Shown here: positions 41,201 to 50,302 of the stretch, in pieces
How positions within the stretch are numbered: position 1 is the first letter of the stretch
Layout of the letters: each line of letters starts with the position of its first letter
DNA from: an uncultured Chloroflexia bacterium
GTDB lineage: Bacteria; Chloroflexota; Limnocylindria; Limnocylindrales; CSP1-4
Assembly: GCA_963765245.1 (NCBI GenBank)
Contig: CAVXVP010000011.1
Span: 33,621 to 97,620 of the forward strand
Direction: 5' to 3'
DNA: 64,000 bases
Program-made: the position numbers and the translations under genes
The notes under the pieces: generated by a model
Seen by the model: the letters and a program-made list of their open reading frames with translations, nothing else
Told to the model about the DNA's origin: nothing
Database searches by the model: none

Positions 41201-41644
41201 CGCATCGGTCCACAGGTCGATGCCGACGCTGAACAGCAGGAAGATGACGATGACCGCGGCCACGATGACGTAGAGCCCGATCCGCCGGCCGGTCCGCGCA
41301 GCCCTGCCGGGACCACCGTCGTTGGGGCCGCCGGGGCCGCGTCCGGTGGTCGCCGGCCGCCGCCACGCCGCGCGTCGTCCAACGATCGGGGTCGGGCGAA
41401 GGTGTCGGTGTCGTCGGGCGCGTCGTCGCCCGGCTCCGCGTCGGGATCGAGGTCGGAGTCCGAGGCCTCGACAGCGTCGGCGTCGGTCGTCGGATTCGGC
41501 GTCGGCGTCGGCGTCGTCGTCGGCGTCGTCCGTCGTCGCCCGGCGTCGCGGTCCCGCGACCGCGTCGGGACCGGGGTCCTCGCCGCGCGCTGCCGCTTCG
41601 CGTTTGCGGAGTTCCTCCATGAAGTCGTCGAATAGGTCGCGCAT
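38288..41644 (-). pseudogene. UPF0182 family membrane protein (about 1,100 aa if repaired); at least 10 frame breaks
   Basis: IDLWTDALWFRSVGF, PIFGRDISFFLFELPF, FTHGVGAAMVP, YIRNSVKITVDAYDGTMHFY, LRVPEDLFNVQTNMFGRYHV and DYANLHFELAQKALRDGDFARYG appear in family order across all three frames. Confidence 0.75.
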
Positions 41645-41673
41645 GCGAGAGGGAGTCTACGCGTCCCGTTCGA

Positions 41674-42131
41674 TCAGGGCCGGCCGAGGCCTTCGACTGC
41701 CCGGACGAACCCGGCGAGGACCGTCTCCGCCAGCTCGTTCGGGCGCATCGCCATCGCCCGGGCAGGCTCGAACCGGAAGGCCAGCCGGAGCGCCAGCGGG
41801 ACGCGCCACGGCCGGCCGGATCGTCGGGCGGGGCGATCAGCCCGAGTCGCATCTGGAGCTTCCCGTCGTCCTCGAGGATCAGGCCGGAGAGCGCGCCGCT
41901 GACCGCCGGCCCGAGCCGCCCGAGCGGCGGATCGGGTGGCGGCCCGGCCGCGGGCGCGACGTCCCGGAAGCTGACGACGCCGTCGTCGTCGGTGACCCAG
42001 GCCACCGCCAGCCACCAGCCGTCGGGCGCGTCGGACGGCCGGGCCATCCCGGCCTGCAGCGTGCCGCCGGGGACACGGACGGGATGCTCGCGGATGAACG
42101 ACGGACCGGGCGGTGGGAGGCGATCGGGCAC
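41674..42131 (-). pseudogene. Hypothetical protein; one frame break
   Basis: MPDRLPPPGPSFIREHPVRVPGG...WWLAVAWVTDDDGVVSF...LILEDDGKLQMRLGLIAPPDD continues as RPWRVPLALRLAFRFEPARAMAMRPNELAETVLAGF...* after about 41815. No family recognised. Confidence 0.4.
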
Positions 42132-42191
42132 GTCCGCAGGATAGACGGGCTCGGCGCGATGCCGCGTCGGGCCGTCAGGTCCGCGGACCCG

Positions 42192-42774
42192 TCAGGCGGA
42201 CGGGGCCTCGTCGTCGGACGGTGACTCGTCCCCGGCGGGAGTCTCGGGGGTCGACTCGGTGACGGTGGCCGCAGGCGTCTCGGGGGCGGGGATGGGCACT
42301 CCGTCCTCGTCGGTGGTCGCGGCGGCGAGCGTGTCGGCGTCGAACTCGCCGGTCGCCAAGGGCTGGATCTCCTCTGGCAGGTCGTCGAGCCGACCTTCCA
42401 CGACCGCCTCGGACAGGAGGGAGTCGCGCTCGGCCTCGAGGTTCGCGACCTCGGCCTCGAGTTCGAGGCGCAGGATCTCGCGCTGGACTTCTGCGTCCGG
42501 CGGCGCGAGCGCCTGGGCCTCGGACGTCGGACGGGGCATCGTCCGGGTACTCGCCGCTGATCCACGACAGGAGGCGGTTCCGCGAGGCGGGCTTGGCTTC
42601 CGGCCGTAACGCGCCGGGGTCGACCGCGGTCAGCCCGGGGACGTCCCGATCCTCATCGGATTCGAGGATGGCACCGCACGACGGGCAGGTCGGGCTGCCT
42701 GGGACGACCGCCGCGGAGCACCACGGGCAGATGGACTCGCTGGGGGTGTCGGCGGGGAGCGTCTGATCGGCCAT
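42192..42774 (-). pseudogene. Zinc-ribbon protein with an acidic coiled-coil C-terminus; one frame break
   Basis: MADQTLPADTPSESICPWCSAAVVPGSPTCPSCGAILE, then after about 42535 EAQALAPPDAEVQREILRLELEAEVANLEAERDSLLSEAVVEG... Confidence 0.5.
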
Positions 42775-42843
42775 GGCGTAAATCCTACCGCGTCGCGGAC
42801 CTCGTTCGATGACCCATCCGTCAGGTGGCGGGTCCGGATTCGG

Positions 42844-44595
42844 TCATTCCCATTCGATGGTCGCCGGTGGCTTCGAGCTGATGTCGTAGACGACGCGGTT
42901 GACGCCCGGGACCTCGTTGACGATCCGCGACGAGATCTTGCCCAGCACGTCGTAGGGCAGCTTCGCCCAGTCGGCGGTCATGCCGTCCTCGCTGGTCACG
43001 GCCCGGATGGCCACGACGTTGGCGTACGTCCGGCCGTCGCCCATCACGCCGACGGAGCGGACCGGGGTCAGGATGGCGAACGACTGCCACAGGCTGCGGT
43101 AGAGGTTGGCCGCCTTGATCTCGTCGATGACGATCCAGTCGGCTTCGCGCAGGGTGTCGAGCCGCTCGGCGGTCACCTCGCCGATGATCCGGATCGCGAG
43201 CCCGGGTCCCGGGAACGGCTGGCGCAGGACCATCGCCTCGGGCAGGCCGAGCTGGATCCCGACTCGCCGAACCTCGTCCTTGAACAGGTAGCGCAGCGGC
43301 TCGATGAGCTGGAAACGAAGGTCGGCCGGCAGGCCACCGACGTTGTGGTGGGTCTTGATCTTCTGGGCGGCCTTGGTCTCGGACGTCGCCGATTCGATGA
43401 CGTCGGGGTAGAGCGTGCCCTGGGTCAGGAAGTCGATCCGGCCGAGCTTGGTCGCCTCCTCCTCGAAGACGCGGATGAACTCGTCGCCGATGATCTTGCG
43501 CTTCTGCTCGGGGTCCTCGACGCCGGCCAGCCGGGCGAGGAAGCGCTCGCGCGCATCGACCATGACCAGGCGCATCCCGAGGTCGCGCTCGAAGGTGACC
43601 CGCAGGAGCTCCGATTCCTTCTTGCGCATCAACCCGTGGTCGACGTAGATGCAGGTCAGTCGATCGCCGACCGCCCGATGGACGAGCGCGGCCGCGACCG
43701 CGGAGTCGACGCCGCCCGACAGCGCGCAGATGACCAGGCCGTCCGACCCGGTCTCCCGGGCGTGGGCGTCGACCCGCTCGCGGATGTCGGCGACGGTCGT
43801 GTCGATGAAGTTGCCGGCGGTCCAGGTCGGGGAGACGCCCGCGATGTCGACCACGAAGTTGCGCAGGACGTCCTTGCCGCGCGGGGTGTGGACGACCTCG
43901 GGGTGGAACTGGATGCCGTACAGGTTGCGCGAGGCGTCGACCAGGCCGGCGAACGGCGTGGAGTCCGTCTGGGCCGTGGCGTGGAAGCCCTCGGGCAGGC
44001 GCGAGATCGAGTCGCCGTGGCTCATCCAGACCGGCTGTTCGCGCTCGATCCCGGCGAACAGCGGCTCGTCCGTGGCGGTGATGCTGACGTTGGCGGGTCC
44101 GTACTCGCGGTGGTCGAACGGGATGACGTCGCCACCGAGCTCGTGGGCCATCAGCTGGGCGCCGTAGCAGATGCCGAGGACGGGGATGCGACCGGACCAG
44201 ATCGCCGGGTCTGGCCGAGGAGCGCCCGGGTCGTAGACCGAGTTCGGGCTGCCGGACAGGATGATCGCCCGCGCGCCGCGCCGTTCCAGCTCGTCGTACG
44301 GCGTGTCGTGGGGCAGCAGCTCCGAGTAGACGTCGAGCTCGCGCACCCGGCGCGCGATGAGCTGGGCGAACTGGCTGCCGAAGTCGAGGACGACGACGGT
44401 CTCGCGATCGTCGGGGTCGGCCGAGGCCGGGCGATCGGCGGAGGAGCGATCCGGAGCGGGCGCCTTGAGCGCGGTCTCGAGGTAGGCCTCGACCTCGGCG
44501 TCGTCAGGGGCAAGGACCCGGTGGCCGGCGTTCGCGGCCTCGCCGTAGATGGTCTTGCCGCGCCCCGTCGACGCGGGTGCGTCCTCCTCGCTCAA
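42844..44595 (-). CDS. guaA: GMP synthase (glutamine-hydrolysing) with a ~65-aa N-terminal extension
   Basis: [39 protein letters not shown] and a canonical C-terminus ending ...[11 protein letters not shown] start at 44595 is preceded by GAGGAGG. Confidence 0.95.
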   Translation of the reverse strand: MSEEDAPASTGRGKTIYGEAANAGHRVLAPDDAEVEAYLETALKAPAPDRSSADRPASADPDDRETVVVLDFGSQFAQLIARRVRELDVYSELLPHDTPYDELERRGARAIILSGSPNSVYDPGAPRPDPAIWSGRIPVLGICYGAQLMAHELGGDVIPFDHREYGPANVSITATDEPLFAGIEREQPVWMSHGDSISRLPEGFHATAQTDSTPFAGLVDASRNLYGIQFHPEVVHTPRGKDVLRNFVVDIAGVSPTWTAGNFIDTTVADIRERVDAHARETGSDGLVICALSGGVDSAVAAALVHRAVGDRLTCIYVDHGLMRKKESELLRVTFERDLGMRLVMVDARERFLARLAGVEDPEQKRKIIGDEFIRVFEEEATKLGRIDFLTQGTLYPDVIESATSETKAAQKIKTHHNVGGLPADLRFQLIEPLRYLFKDEVRRVGIQLGLPEAMVLRQPFPGPGLAIRIIGEVTAERLDTLREADWIVIDEIKAANLYRSLWQSFAILTPVRSVGVMGDGRTYANVVAIRAVTSEDGMTADWAKLPYDVLGKISSRIVNEVPGVNRVVYDISSKPPATIEWE

Positions 44596-44668
44596 TCGAC
44601 CTCCTCGTGCGACCCGGCCGCGCCGCCGGGCTGGCGCCAGTGTACCGGGCGAAGGCCGGCCCGGCGCC

Positions 44669-45052
44669 TCACTCGCGGTTGCGCATCGCCTCCGCGGCCA
44701 TCGTGAAATAGCGCTCGAGTTCCACGGCCACGTCGTCCGGCGGCGCCGATGCCGCGATCGCGGCCCGCATGTGCGTCAGCCAGCGATCCCGCTCCGCCGG
44801 ACCGATCGCGAACGGGACGTGACGCATCCGCAGACGCGGGTGGCCACGTTCGTCGTCGTAGGTCCGCGGCCCACCCCAGTACTGGATGAGGAAGAGCCGC
44901 AGCCGCCGCTCGGCCGCCGCGAGATCGGGTTCGGGATAGATCGCGCGGAGAACGGGGTCGGTCGCGACGCCGGCATAGAACGAGCCGACGAGCGCCTCGA
45001 AGAAAGGCGTCCCGCCGGCTCGGCGATAGAGGGTGTCGAGGTCCGCGGTCAC
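44669..45052 (-). CDS. glbO: Group II truncated haemoglobin (trHbO/GlbO-like)
   Basis: [34 protein letters not shown]...[15 protein letters not shown]...[15 protein letters not shown] 45052 overlaps the upstream stop (GTGA). Confidence 0.85.
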   Translation of the reverse strand: MTADLDTLYRRAGGTPFFEALVGSFYAGVATDPVLRAIYPEPDLAAAERRLRLFLIQYWGGPRTYDDERGHPRLRMRHVPFAIGPAERDRWLTHMRAAIAASAPPDDVAVELERYFTMAAEAMRNRE

Positions 45053-45576
45053 GGACCGAGGATACGGCGCGAGGTCAGGCTGCGGCCGCGGCGGCCGCGA
45101 CGAGAGGGCCGGTACGTGATCGCGGCGGGGTTCGGCTTGATCGGCCGGAACGCCTTGAGTGCGTACCGCGCCGCGACCAGCCACAGACCGATCATCCAGA
45201 TGAGGAGGCCGAGGCCTTCGGCCCACGCCCGGGACGACGGCAGCGTGCTGGTCGCCCCGAACGGGTCCACGCCGGTCAGCGTCAGGATCAGTCCGTAGGC
45301 GGCGATGCCGATGCCGATCGCGGCCAGGTAGCCGACGAGACGGCCGCTCCACGCCCGGCGACGGATCAGTCCGTAGGCCGCCACGAAGTGGGCGACGCCG
45401 AACGCGACGGTCAGCGGGATCAGCCACGACAGCGCGATCGAGTCGGCCTGCACCGTCGGCAGGACGACCGCGCCGACACCGAGGACGACGAAACCGGCGA
45501 GACCGGTGACGAAGGCGGCGAAGCCGCGCGTGCCACGGCGGTGGGCGTAGCGGGGAAGGGCGGCGGGTGCGGTCAT
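45049..45576 (-). CDS. Integral membrane protein (4 predicted TM helices), paralogue of the upstream gene
   Basis: 175-aa intact ORF with hydrophobic helices. The LTLTGVDPFGATS segment parallels LLSVGRDPFASTA in the neighbouring gene. Confidence 0.6.
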   Translation of the reverse strand: MTAPAALPRYAHRRGTRGFAAFVTGLAGFVVLGVGAVVLPTVQADSIALSWLIPLTVAFGVAHFVAAYGLIRRRAWSGRLVGYLAAIGIGIAAYGLILTLTGVDPFGATSTLPSSRAWAEGLGLLIWMIGLWLVAARYALKAFRPIKPNPAAITYRPSRRGRRGRSLTSRRILGP

Positions 45577-46043
45577 GCCATGACTCCTGTCGCTGTGGAT
45601 GAATGCCGGGGCAGCCGGGCGACGGCGACCGCGACGATGACGAATAGGTAGAGCACCGTGAAGGCGCCGATGATGCCGATCCCGTCATCGGTCGAGCGGG
45701 CCGACGCTGTCGAGGCGAATGGATCGCGTCCGACGCTCAGTAGGATCAATTCGATGGCGCCGACGGCGGCGGCGGCGATCGCCGTCCCAAAGGCCAGGTC
45801 GTCCGACCAACTCGTGCCACGGACGAGACCGGTAGCGGCAACGACACCGGCGACGGCGAAGAGCGCGACGAACGGGAGGACAGTGATCAGGTCGGCAAGG
45901 AGAAGAGCGTTGGACGAGCTGATGGGCATCCCCGCGACAACGAGGAGCTTCGCGATCACGATCGCAAGCGCCATCACGCTGACGAAGACACTGCCGGCTG
46001 TGAGCAGGACGCTCGCGACGACGCGAGCGGGATGAAGCTCCAT
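45573..46043 (-). CDS. Integral membrane protein (4 predicted TM helices), paralogue of the downstream gene
   Basis: 156-aa intact ORF. 4-nt overlap with the downstream gene. Confidence 0.6.
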   Translation of the reverse strand: MELHPARVVASVLLTAGSVFVSVMALAIVIAKLLVVAGMPISSSNALLLADLITVLPFVALFAVAGVVAATGLVRGTSWSDDLAFGTAIAAAAVGAIELILLSVGRDPFASTASARSTDDGIGIIGAFTVLYLFVIVAVAVARLPRHSSTATGVMA

Positions 46044-46047
46044 CGGG

Positions 46048-46272
46048 TCAGGCTCCTTCGACGGACGGGAGCCGCCATTCGGGATCGGGGGCGATCACGC
46101 GATCGGCGGTCTCGCCGTTCTGGCGCGCCATCGCTGCGATGAAGGCGGCTCGTCGGTGCGAGAGGATCCGGGCGTCCTTGCACGTGCAGCCGGCAACGAG
46201 GCAGGCGCCGACCGGAACGGACGGGGCGATGGGGAGCGGCTCCCCGGTTCGGAGCTGGTTCGGATGGAACAT
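46048..46272 (-). CDS. Small hypothetical protein (74 aa) with a CxxxxCxC cluster
   Basis: ATG 46272 is preceded by AGGAAGGAG. MFHPNQLRTGEPLPIAPSVPVGACLVAGCTCKDARIL... No family recognised. Confidence 0.4.
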   Translation of the reverse strand: MFHPNQLRTGEPLPIAPSVPVGACLVAGCTCKDARILSHRRAAFIAAMARQNGETADRVIAPDPEWRLPSVEGA

Positions 46273-46423
46273 GGCGTCTGACTCCTTCCTGCCGGTCTCC
46301 CGTGGTGGGCTCCCGATGACAGCAAGGTAGGTGGCGCCACGCGCCGCGGGCATCGGCATCCGGCGCGCGGCCAGATGGACGGATGACGACATCGGAGCGG
46401 CGGAACGTGGCCGCCCGCCCGCC

Positions 46424-46880
46424 TCAGCCCGGGGCGGCCGACTCCAGGCGGCGCTTGAACGCCTCGAGGTCGAGCGCGGCGGCGCGCTTGGCCTGCGGCG
46501 CGACCATCGATTCGAACATGCGGAAGCGGAGCGGGAGCTTGAGCCCGAGCGACCAGTGCAGGCGCGTGGCCGATCCCTGGGGGCCGAGCGCGGCGTCGAT
46601 CTCGATCGTGACCCCGTCCTTGTCCTTGCCCCGCACCCCGAACCGTTCCCCCGGCGCCAGCTCGGTCACGCTGCCGTCGAGGACCGTCGAGCGGCCGGCC
46701 ACTGTCTGGCTGATGCGGAGGCGCGAACCTTTGGCCAGCGGCCCGGGGTCGAGGCGCTCGACGCCGACGATGCCAGACGCGATGAGCCACTCCGGATAGC
46801 GCTCGACGTCGATCAACGCCGCGAAGACCTCCGCCGGGGGACGGTCGATCGATGGTTTCGATGTCGACGGACACCGTCAT
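46424..46880 (-). pseudogene. SRPBCC (polyketide cyclase/START-like) family protein; one frame break near the 5' end
   Basis: MTVSVDIETIDRP / AEVFAALIDVERYPEWL...RLRISQTVAGRSTVLDGSVTELAPGERF. Break at about 46835. ATG 46880 overlaps the upstream stop (ATGA). Confidence 0.65.
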
Positions 46881-47476
46881 GGCGCGCTCTCCGCGACCGG
46901 GCTGAGTCGGAACGACGGTCCGCGGCCGAGCCCTTCGGCCGGCGTCCCGTAGCGCAGGATCAGGCCGCGGATGGCCCGGGCGTGGTCCGCGCCCGTCCAG
47001 CGGCTCGGCCACGGCGTCGAACGACCGGTCGCCGACACGGACGTGGCACATCGGGTCGGCGAGCAGGTTGCGAGCCCAGGCCGCGTCAGGTGCGGTCGCG
47101 GCGACGAGGATCGCGCCAGGTGCCTCGTCGTCATCGACGAAGCCGACCGTGACGGGGCGTTCGAGCCCGCTCCGCTCGCCGCGTGTTTCGATCCGGACGA
47201 AGCGTCCGGAGGCGACCAGCTCGTCCTCCATGACGCCGCGATCGGTCGGCGTCGGGCGGTCGGCCGTCAGGATGGCGCTGCCGAGGGAGCCGGGGCCGGC
47301 GCCGAGCCCGCGGGTGTCGATGCGCCCGGCGAACTCGACAACGTCGGCCCCTGGGTCCAGCCGGCGCCGGTGGTCGGGCTGGAGCACGCAGCGACCAGCG
47401 CCACGAGCCCGAGACCCACGACGGCCGCGATCCCGGCCCGCCGCGCGCGGCGCGTCTTTAGCGGCTGCGCTGCCAC
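46877..47476 (-). pseudogene. Lipobox signal peptide plus DUF385-like (deazaflavin-dependent nitroreductase family) domain; one or two frame breaks. Could instead be two separate genes.
   Basis: GTG 47476 gives MAAQPLKTRRARRAGIAAVVGLGLVALVAAC (lipobox). Downstream: FVRIETRGERSGLERPVTVGF...ILVAATAPDAAWARNLLADPMCHVRVG / ADHARAIRGLILRYG. Breaks at about 47345 and 46990. Confidence 0.45.
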
Positions 47477-48654
47477 GACTTGCCTTCGGTCTGTGTCGAC
47501 GGGGCGTAGACCATCTCGACGCGCTGCATCTCGGGGATCGTCCGGGCACCGAGCGCCGCCATCGACTGCCGGAGCGCCCCGACCAGGTTCTCCGACCCGT
47601 CGGTCACGTGCGCCGGTCCGAGCAGGATGCGCTCCAGCGTCCCGACGGTCCCGACCTTGATCCGCGTGCCGCGCGGCAGCGTCGGCGAGGGCGCGGCCAT
47701 CCCCCAGTTCGTGCCGCGACCGGGCGCCTCCTCGGCGCGGGCCAGCGGGGAGCCGAGCATCAGCGCGTCGGCACCGGCGGCGATCGCCTTGGCCAGCTCG
47801 CCGCCGCGGCGCATCCCGCCATCGGCCACGACCGGCACGTACCGCCCGGTCTCGGCGAGGAACGCGTCCCGTGCCGCGGCCACGTCGCTGATCGCGGTGA
47901 CCTGCGGGATGCCGATCCCGAGCACCTCGCGCGTCGTGCACGCAGCCCCGGGACCGACGCCGACGAAGACGGCCGCGGCGCCCTGTTCCATGAGGGCGAA
48001 CGCCGCCTCGGCATTGGTCGTGTTGCCGACCGCGACCGGGATCGGCATGTAGCGCGTGAAGTCGGCGAGCGAGAGCGGGTCGTACTCGGTCGCAAGATGG
48101 CGGGCGGACGAGACCTGGCTCTGGACGAGGAAGAGGTCCGCGCCGTGCTCGGCGCAGAACGGGCCGAAGCGACGAGCGGCGCCGGGCGTGGCCGCCACCG
48201 CGGCCTTGGACCCGGCCGCATGGATCGCCTCGATGCGCGCGGCGATCAGCTCCTCGCGGATCGGTTGCTGGTAGACCTCGCCGAGGAGGTCCTGGACGTC
48301 GCCGTCGGCGGCGGTCGACAGTCGCTCGAGGACCGCGTCGGGGTCGTCGTAGCGGGTCTGGACGCCCTCGAGGTTGAGGATCGCGAGGCCGCCGAGACGG
48401 GCCAGCGCGCCGGCCATCTGGGTGTCCACCACGGCGTCCATCGCCGAGGCAAGGATCGGGATCGCCAGGTCGATGCCGCAGAAGCTCTGGGCGAGATCGA
48501 CGTCGGATGGCTCGACGGTGTCGGTGCCGGGGGCGAGAGAGACGTCCTCGAAGCCGTAGGTCGGCCGGATCGTGTCGACCTTCGAATGGAAGACGCGGCG
48601 CTGCGCCGGACCCGAAGCCTCGGTCGTGGAGGAGATCCCGCTTCGCTCGATCAC
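47458..48654 (-). CDS. GuaB3-type IMP dehydrogenase-related protein (no CBS pair)
   Basis: 398-aa intact ORF. FEDVSLAPG, IPILASAMD, GVGPGAACTTREVLGIGIPQ and VVADGGMRRGGELAKAIAAGADALMLGS. Confidence 0.9.
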   Translation of the reverse strand: MIERSGISSTTEASGPAQRRVFHSKVDTIRPTYGFEDVSLAPGTDTVEPSDVDLAQSFCGIDLAIPILASAMDAVVDTQMAGALARLGGLAILNLEGVQTRYDDPDAVLERLSTAADGDVQDLLGEVYQQPIREELIAARIEAIHAAGSKAAVAATPGAARRFGPFCAEHGADLFLVQSQVSSARHLATEYDPLSLADFTRYMPIPVAVGNTTNAEAAFALMEQGAAAVFVGVGPGAACTTREVLGIGIPQVTAISDVAAARDAFLAETGRYVPVVADGGMRRGGELAKAIAAGADALMLGSPLARAEEAPGRGTNWGMAAPSPTLPRGTRIKVGTVGTLERILLGPAHVTDGSENLVGALRQSMAALGARTIPEMQRVEMVYAPSTQTEGKSWQRSR

Positions 48655-48700
48655 CTGCTCCTCCTGTTCCGCCGGACGCTCGACATCGCGCCGCCCGAGT

Positions 48701-49239
48701 CTACCAGCGCGTCAGCTTCGGCTGCCCGAGGTAGGTCCCGGCGCGCTCCCCATCGAGGGTCAGCTCGAACCAGCCGGCCCGCTCGGGATCGGACAGGTCG
48801 TCGCGGATCCGCTCGATCGCCGCCCGGTAGCCCGGCCAGATGACCTGCTGGTGCGCCTCGTCGACCTCGTGCCAGTTCGCGTCGTCGTGCTCGTGCGAGA
48901 GGCGAGGCTCGGCGTCGGTCCGCACGCGCACGGCGAAGACCGCCGCGGTCACGATCGCCGTCGACCGACGGCTCGTGGAACTGGTTGACCAGGTCCAGGT
49001 CGTAGAACGCCTCGATCTCGTCCGGCCCGAAACCGGTCTCCTCGGCCAGCTCGCGGAGCGCCCCGGCCGTGATCCGCTCGCCGGGTTCGAGCGAGCCCGA
49101 GACGCATTGCCACAGGCCGGGCAGGATGCGCCCGGCCGACGCGCCGGATGAGCAGGATCTCCGGGCGTTCGACGGCACGGGCCGTCATGCCGACGCGGAA
49201 CATCCAGCAGTCGACGAGGTCGGGGCGGAACGGGCTCAT
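48701..49239 (-). pseudogene. NUDIX hydrolase; two frame breaks
   Basis: Nudix box GSLEPGERITAGALRELAEETGF. The N-terminus MSPFRPDLVDCWMFRV and the C-terminus VTAAVFAVRVRTDAEPRLSHEHDDANWH lie in the other frames. Breaks at about 49140 and 48960. Confidence 0.7.
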
Positions 49240-49844
49240 GCGGGCGGACCTTCCGGTTGGGTACGACCGGCGAGGTCGTGGAGCTGCTCGAGATGCATCA
49301 TGTCGTGGACGCCGGCGAAGAGCAGCCACTCCCCGCAGCGCAACCGGCCGACCAGCGGGTGGACCAGCGGGCACGGCTCGGTCTCGTGGCCGGCCACGGT
49401 CCGTGCCGAGCGCTCGATCAGGCGCTGGCTCTGGGCGATCTTGCGCAGGAGCGTGGCGCGATCGGCGTCCGGCGGGCCCGGGATGCCGGGCACGACGGTC
49501 GGCGCATCCGGCGGGAAGCGTCCCGCTGCTGCCAGCCCGGCCGCGAGGCAGAGGCCGGCGCGCGCCTCGCAGGCGTGCCCGATCGCCTGGGCGACGTTCC
49601 AGTCCTCCTCGCCGCCCGGGGCACGGAGGGTCTCCTCGGAGGCCGTCTCCACGAACGCCGCGAGGGCCGTCGCCAGGGTGCCGAGCTGCGCCACGATCCC
49701 GTCCGCGCTGCCGGGACCGGCACGCTTCCGCACCTCGCGCCGGACGCTGATGAACTCGCCCTCGTCGATCCCCCGCCAGGCCGCCACGACGTCGGGTGCG
49801 CCCGGCTGCAGGGCATCGACCCAGGTGGCCACGGCCAGGCTCAA
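49236..49844 (-). CDS. DinB-family (four-helix bundle metalloenzyme-like) protein
   Basis: 202-aa intact ORF. His-containing helices AQAIGHACEA and LLFAGVHDMMHLEQL. The TTG start overlaps the darA stop (TTGA). Confidence 0.65.
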   Translation of the reverse strand: MSLAVATWVDALQPGAPDVVAAWRGIDEGEFISVRREVRKRAGPGSADGIVAQLGTLATALAAFVETASEETLRAPGGEEDWNVAQAIGHACEARAGLCLAAGLAAAGRFPPDAPTVVPGIPGPPDADRATLLRKIAQSQRLIERSARTVAGHETEPCPLVHPLVGRLRCGEWLLFAGVHDMMHLEQLHDLAGRTQPEGPPA

Positions 49845-50170
49845 AGTCGCTCGAATCGTTCGACCGGGAGGACGAAGACGGTCGCGCCACCGACCTCGAC
49901 CTCGAGCGGGTAGGGCATGAAGAATTCGCCCGGTTCCATGATCGGCGGCATCGGGTTGACGACCTGCGTCCGCGACGTGCAGTTCGTCCGGACGATGCCC
50001 ATCACCTCGTCGACGTCGGCGTCCTCGACGCCCAGGATGATCGTCGCGTTCGACTGCTTGAGGAAGCCGCCGGAGCTCTGGAGTCGGGTGGCGCGGAACT
50101 CCTTGTCGAGAAGGGCGGTGACGAGGTTCCCGGCATCCTCGTTATGGACGATGGCGACGACGAGCTTCAC
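49841..50170 (-). CDS. darA: Cyclic-di-AMP receptor, PII-like DarA/PstA family
   Basis: VKLVVAIVHNEDAGNLVTALLDKEFRATRLQSSGGFLKQSNATIILGVED...PYPLEVEVGGATVFVLPVERFERL* aligns along its full length with my recollection of B. subtilis DarA (YaaQ). Confidence 0.9.
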   Translation of the reverse strand: MKLVVAIVHNEDAGNLVTALLDKEFRATRLQSSGGFLKQSNATIILGVEDADVDEVMGIVRTNCTSRTQVVNPMPPIMEPGEFFMPYPLEVEVGGATVFVLPVERFERL

Positions 50171-50302
50171 CCGCGGAGTATCGGGGCCGCGAGCGACCGT
50201 GGTCAACGGGCTAGGGAGTCGCCGTCCCGGAATGGCGGCGTGCACGGACGCCGGGTGTACGATGCGCCCTCCGACAACCTGAAATGCGTGCAGGAGTGCT
50301 TC

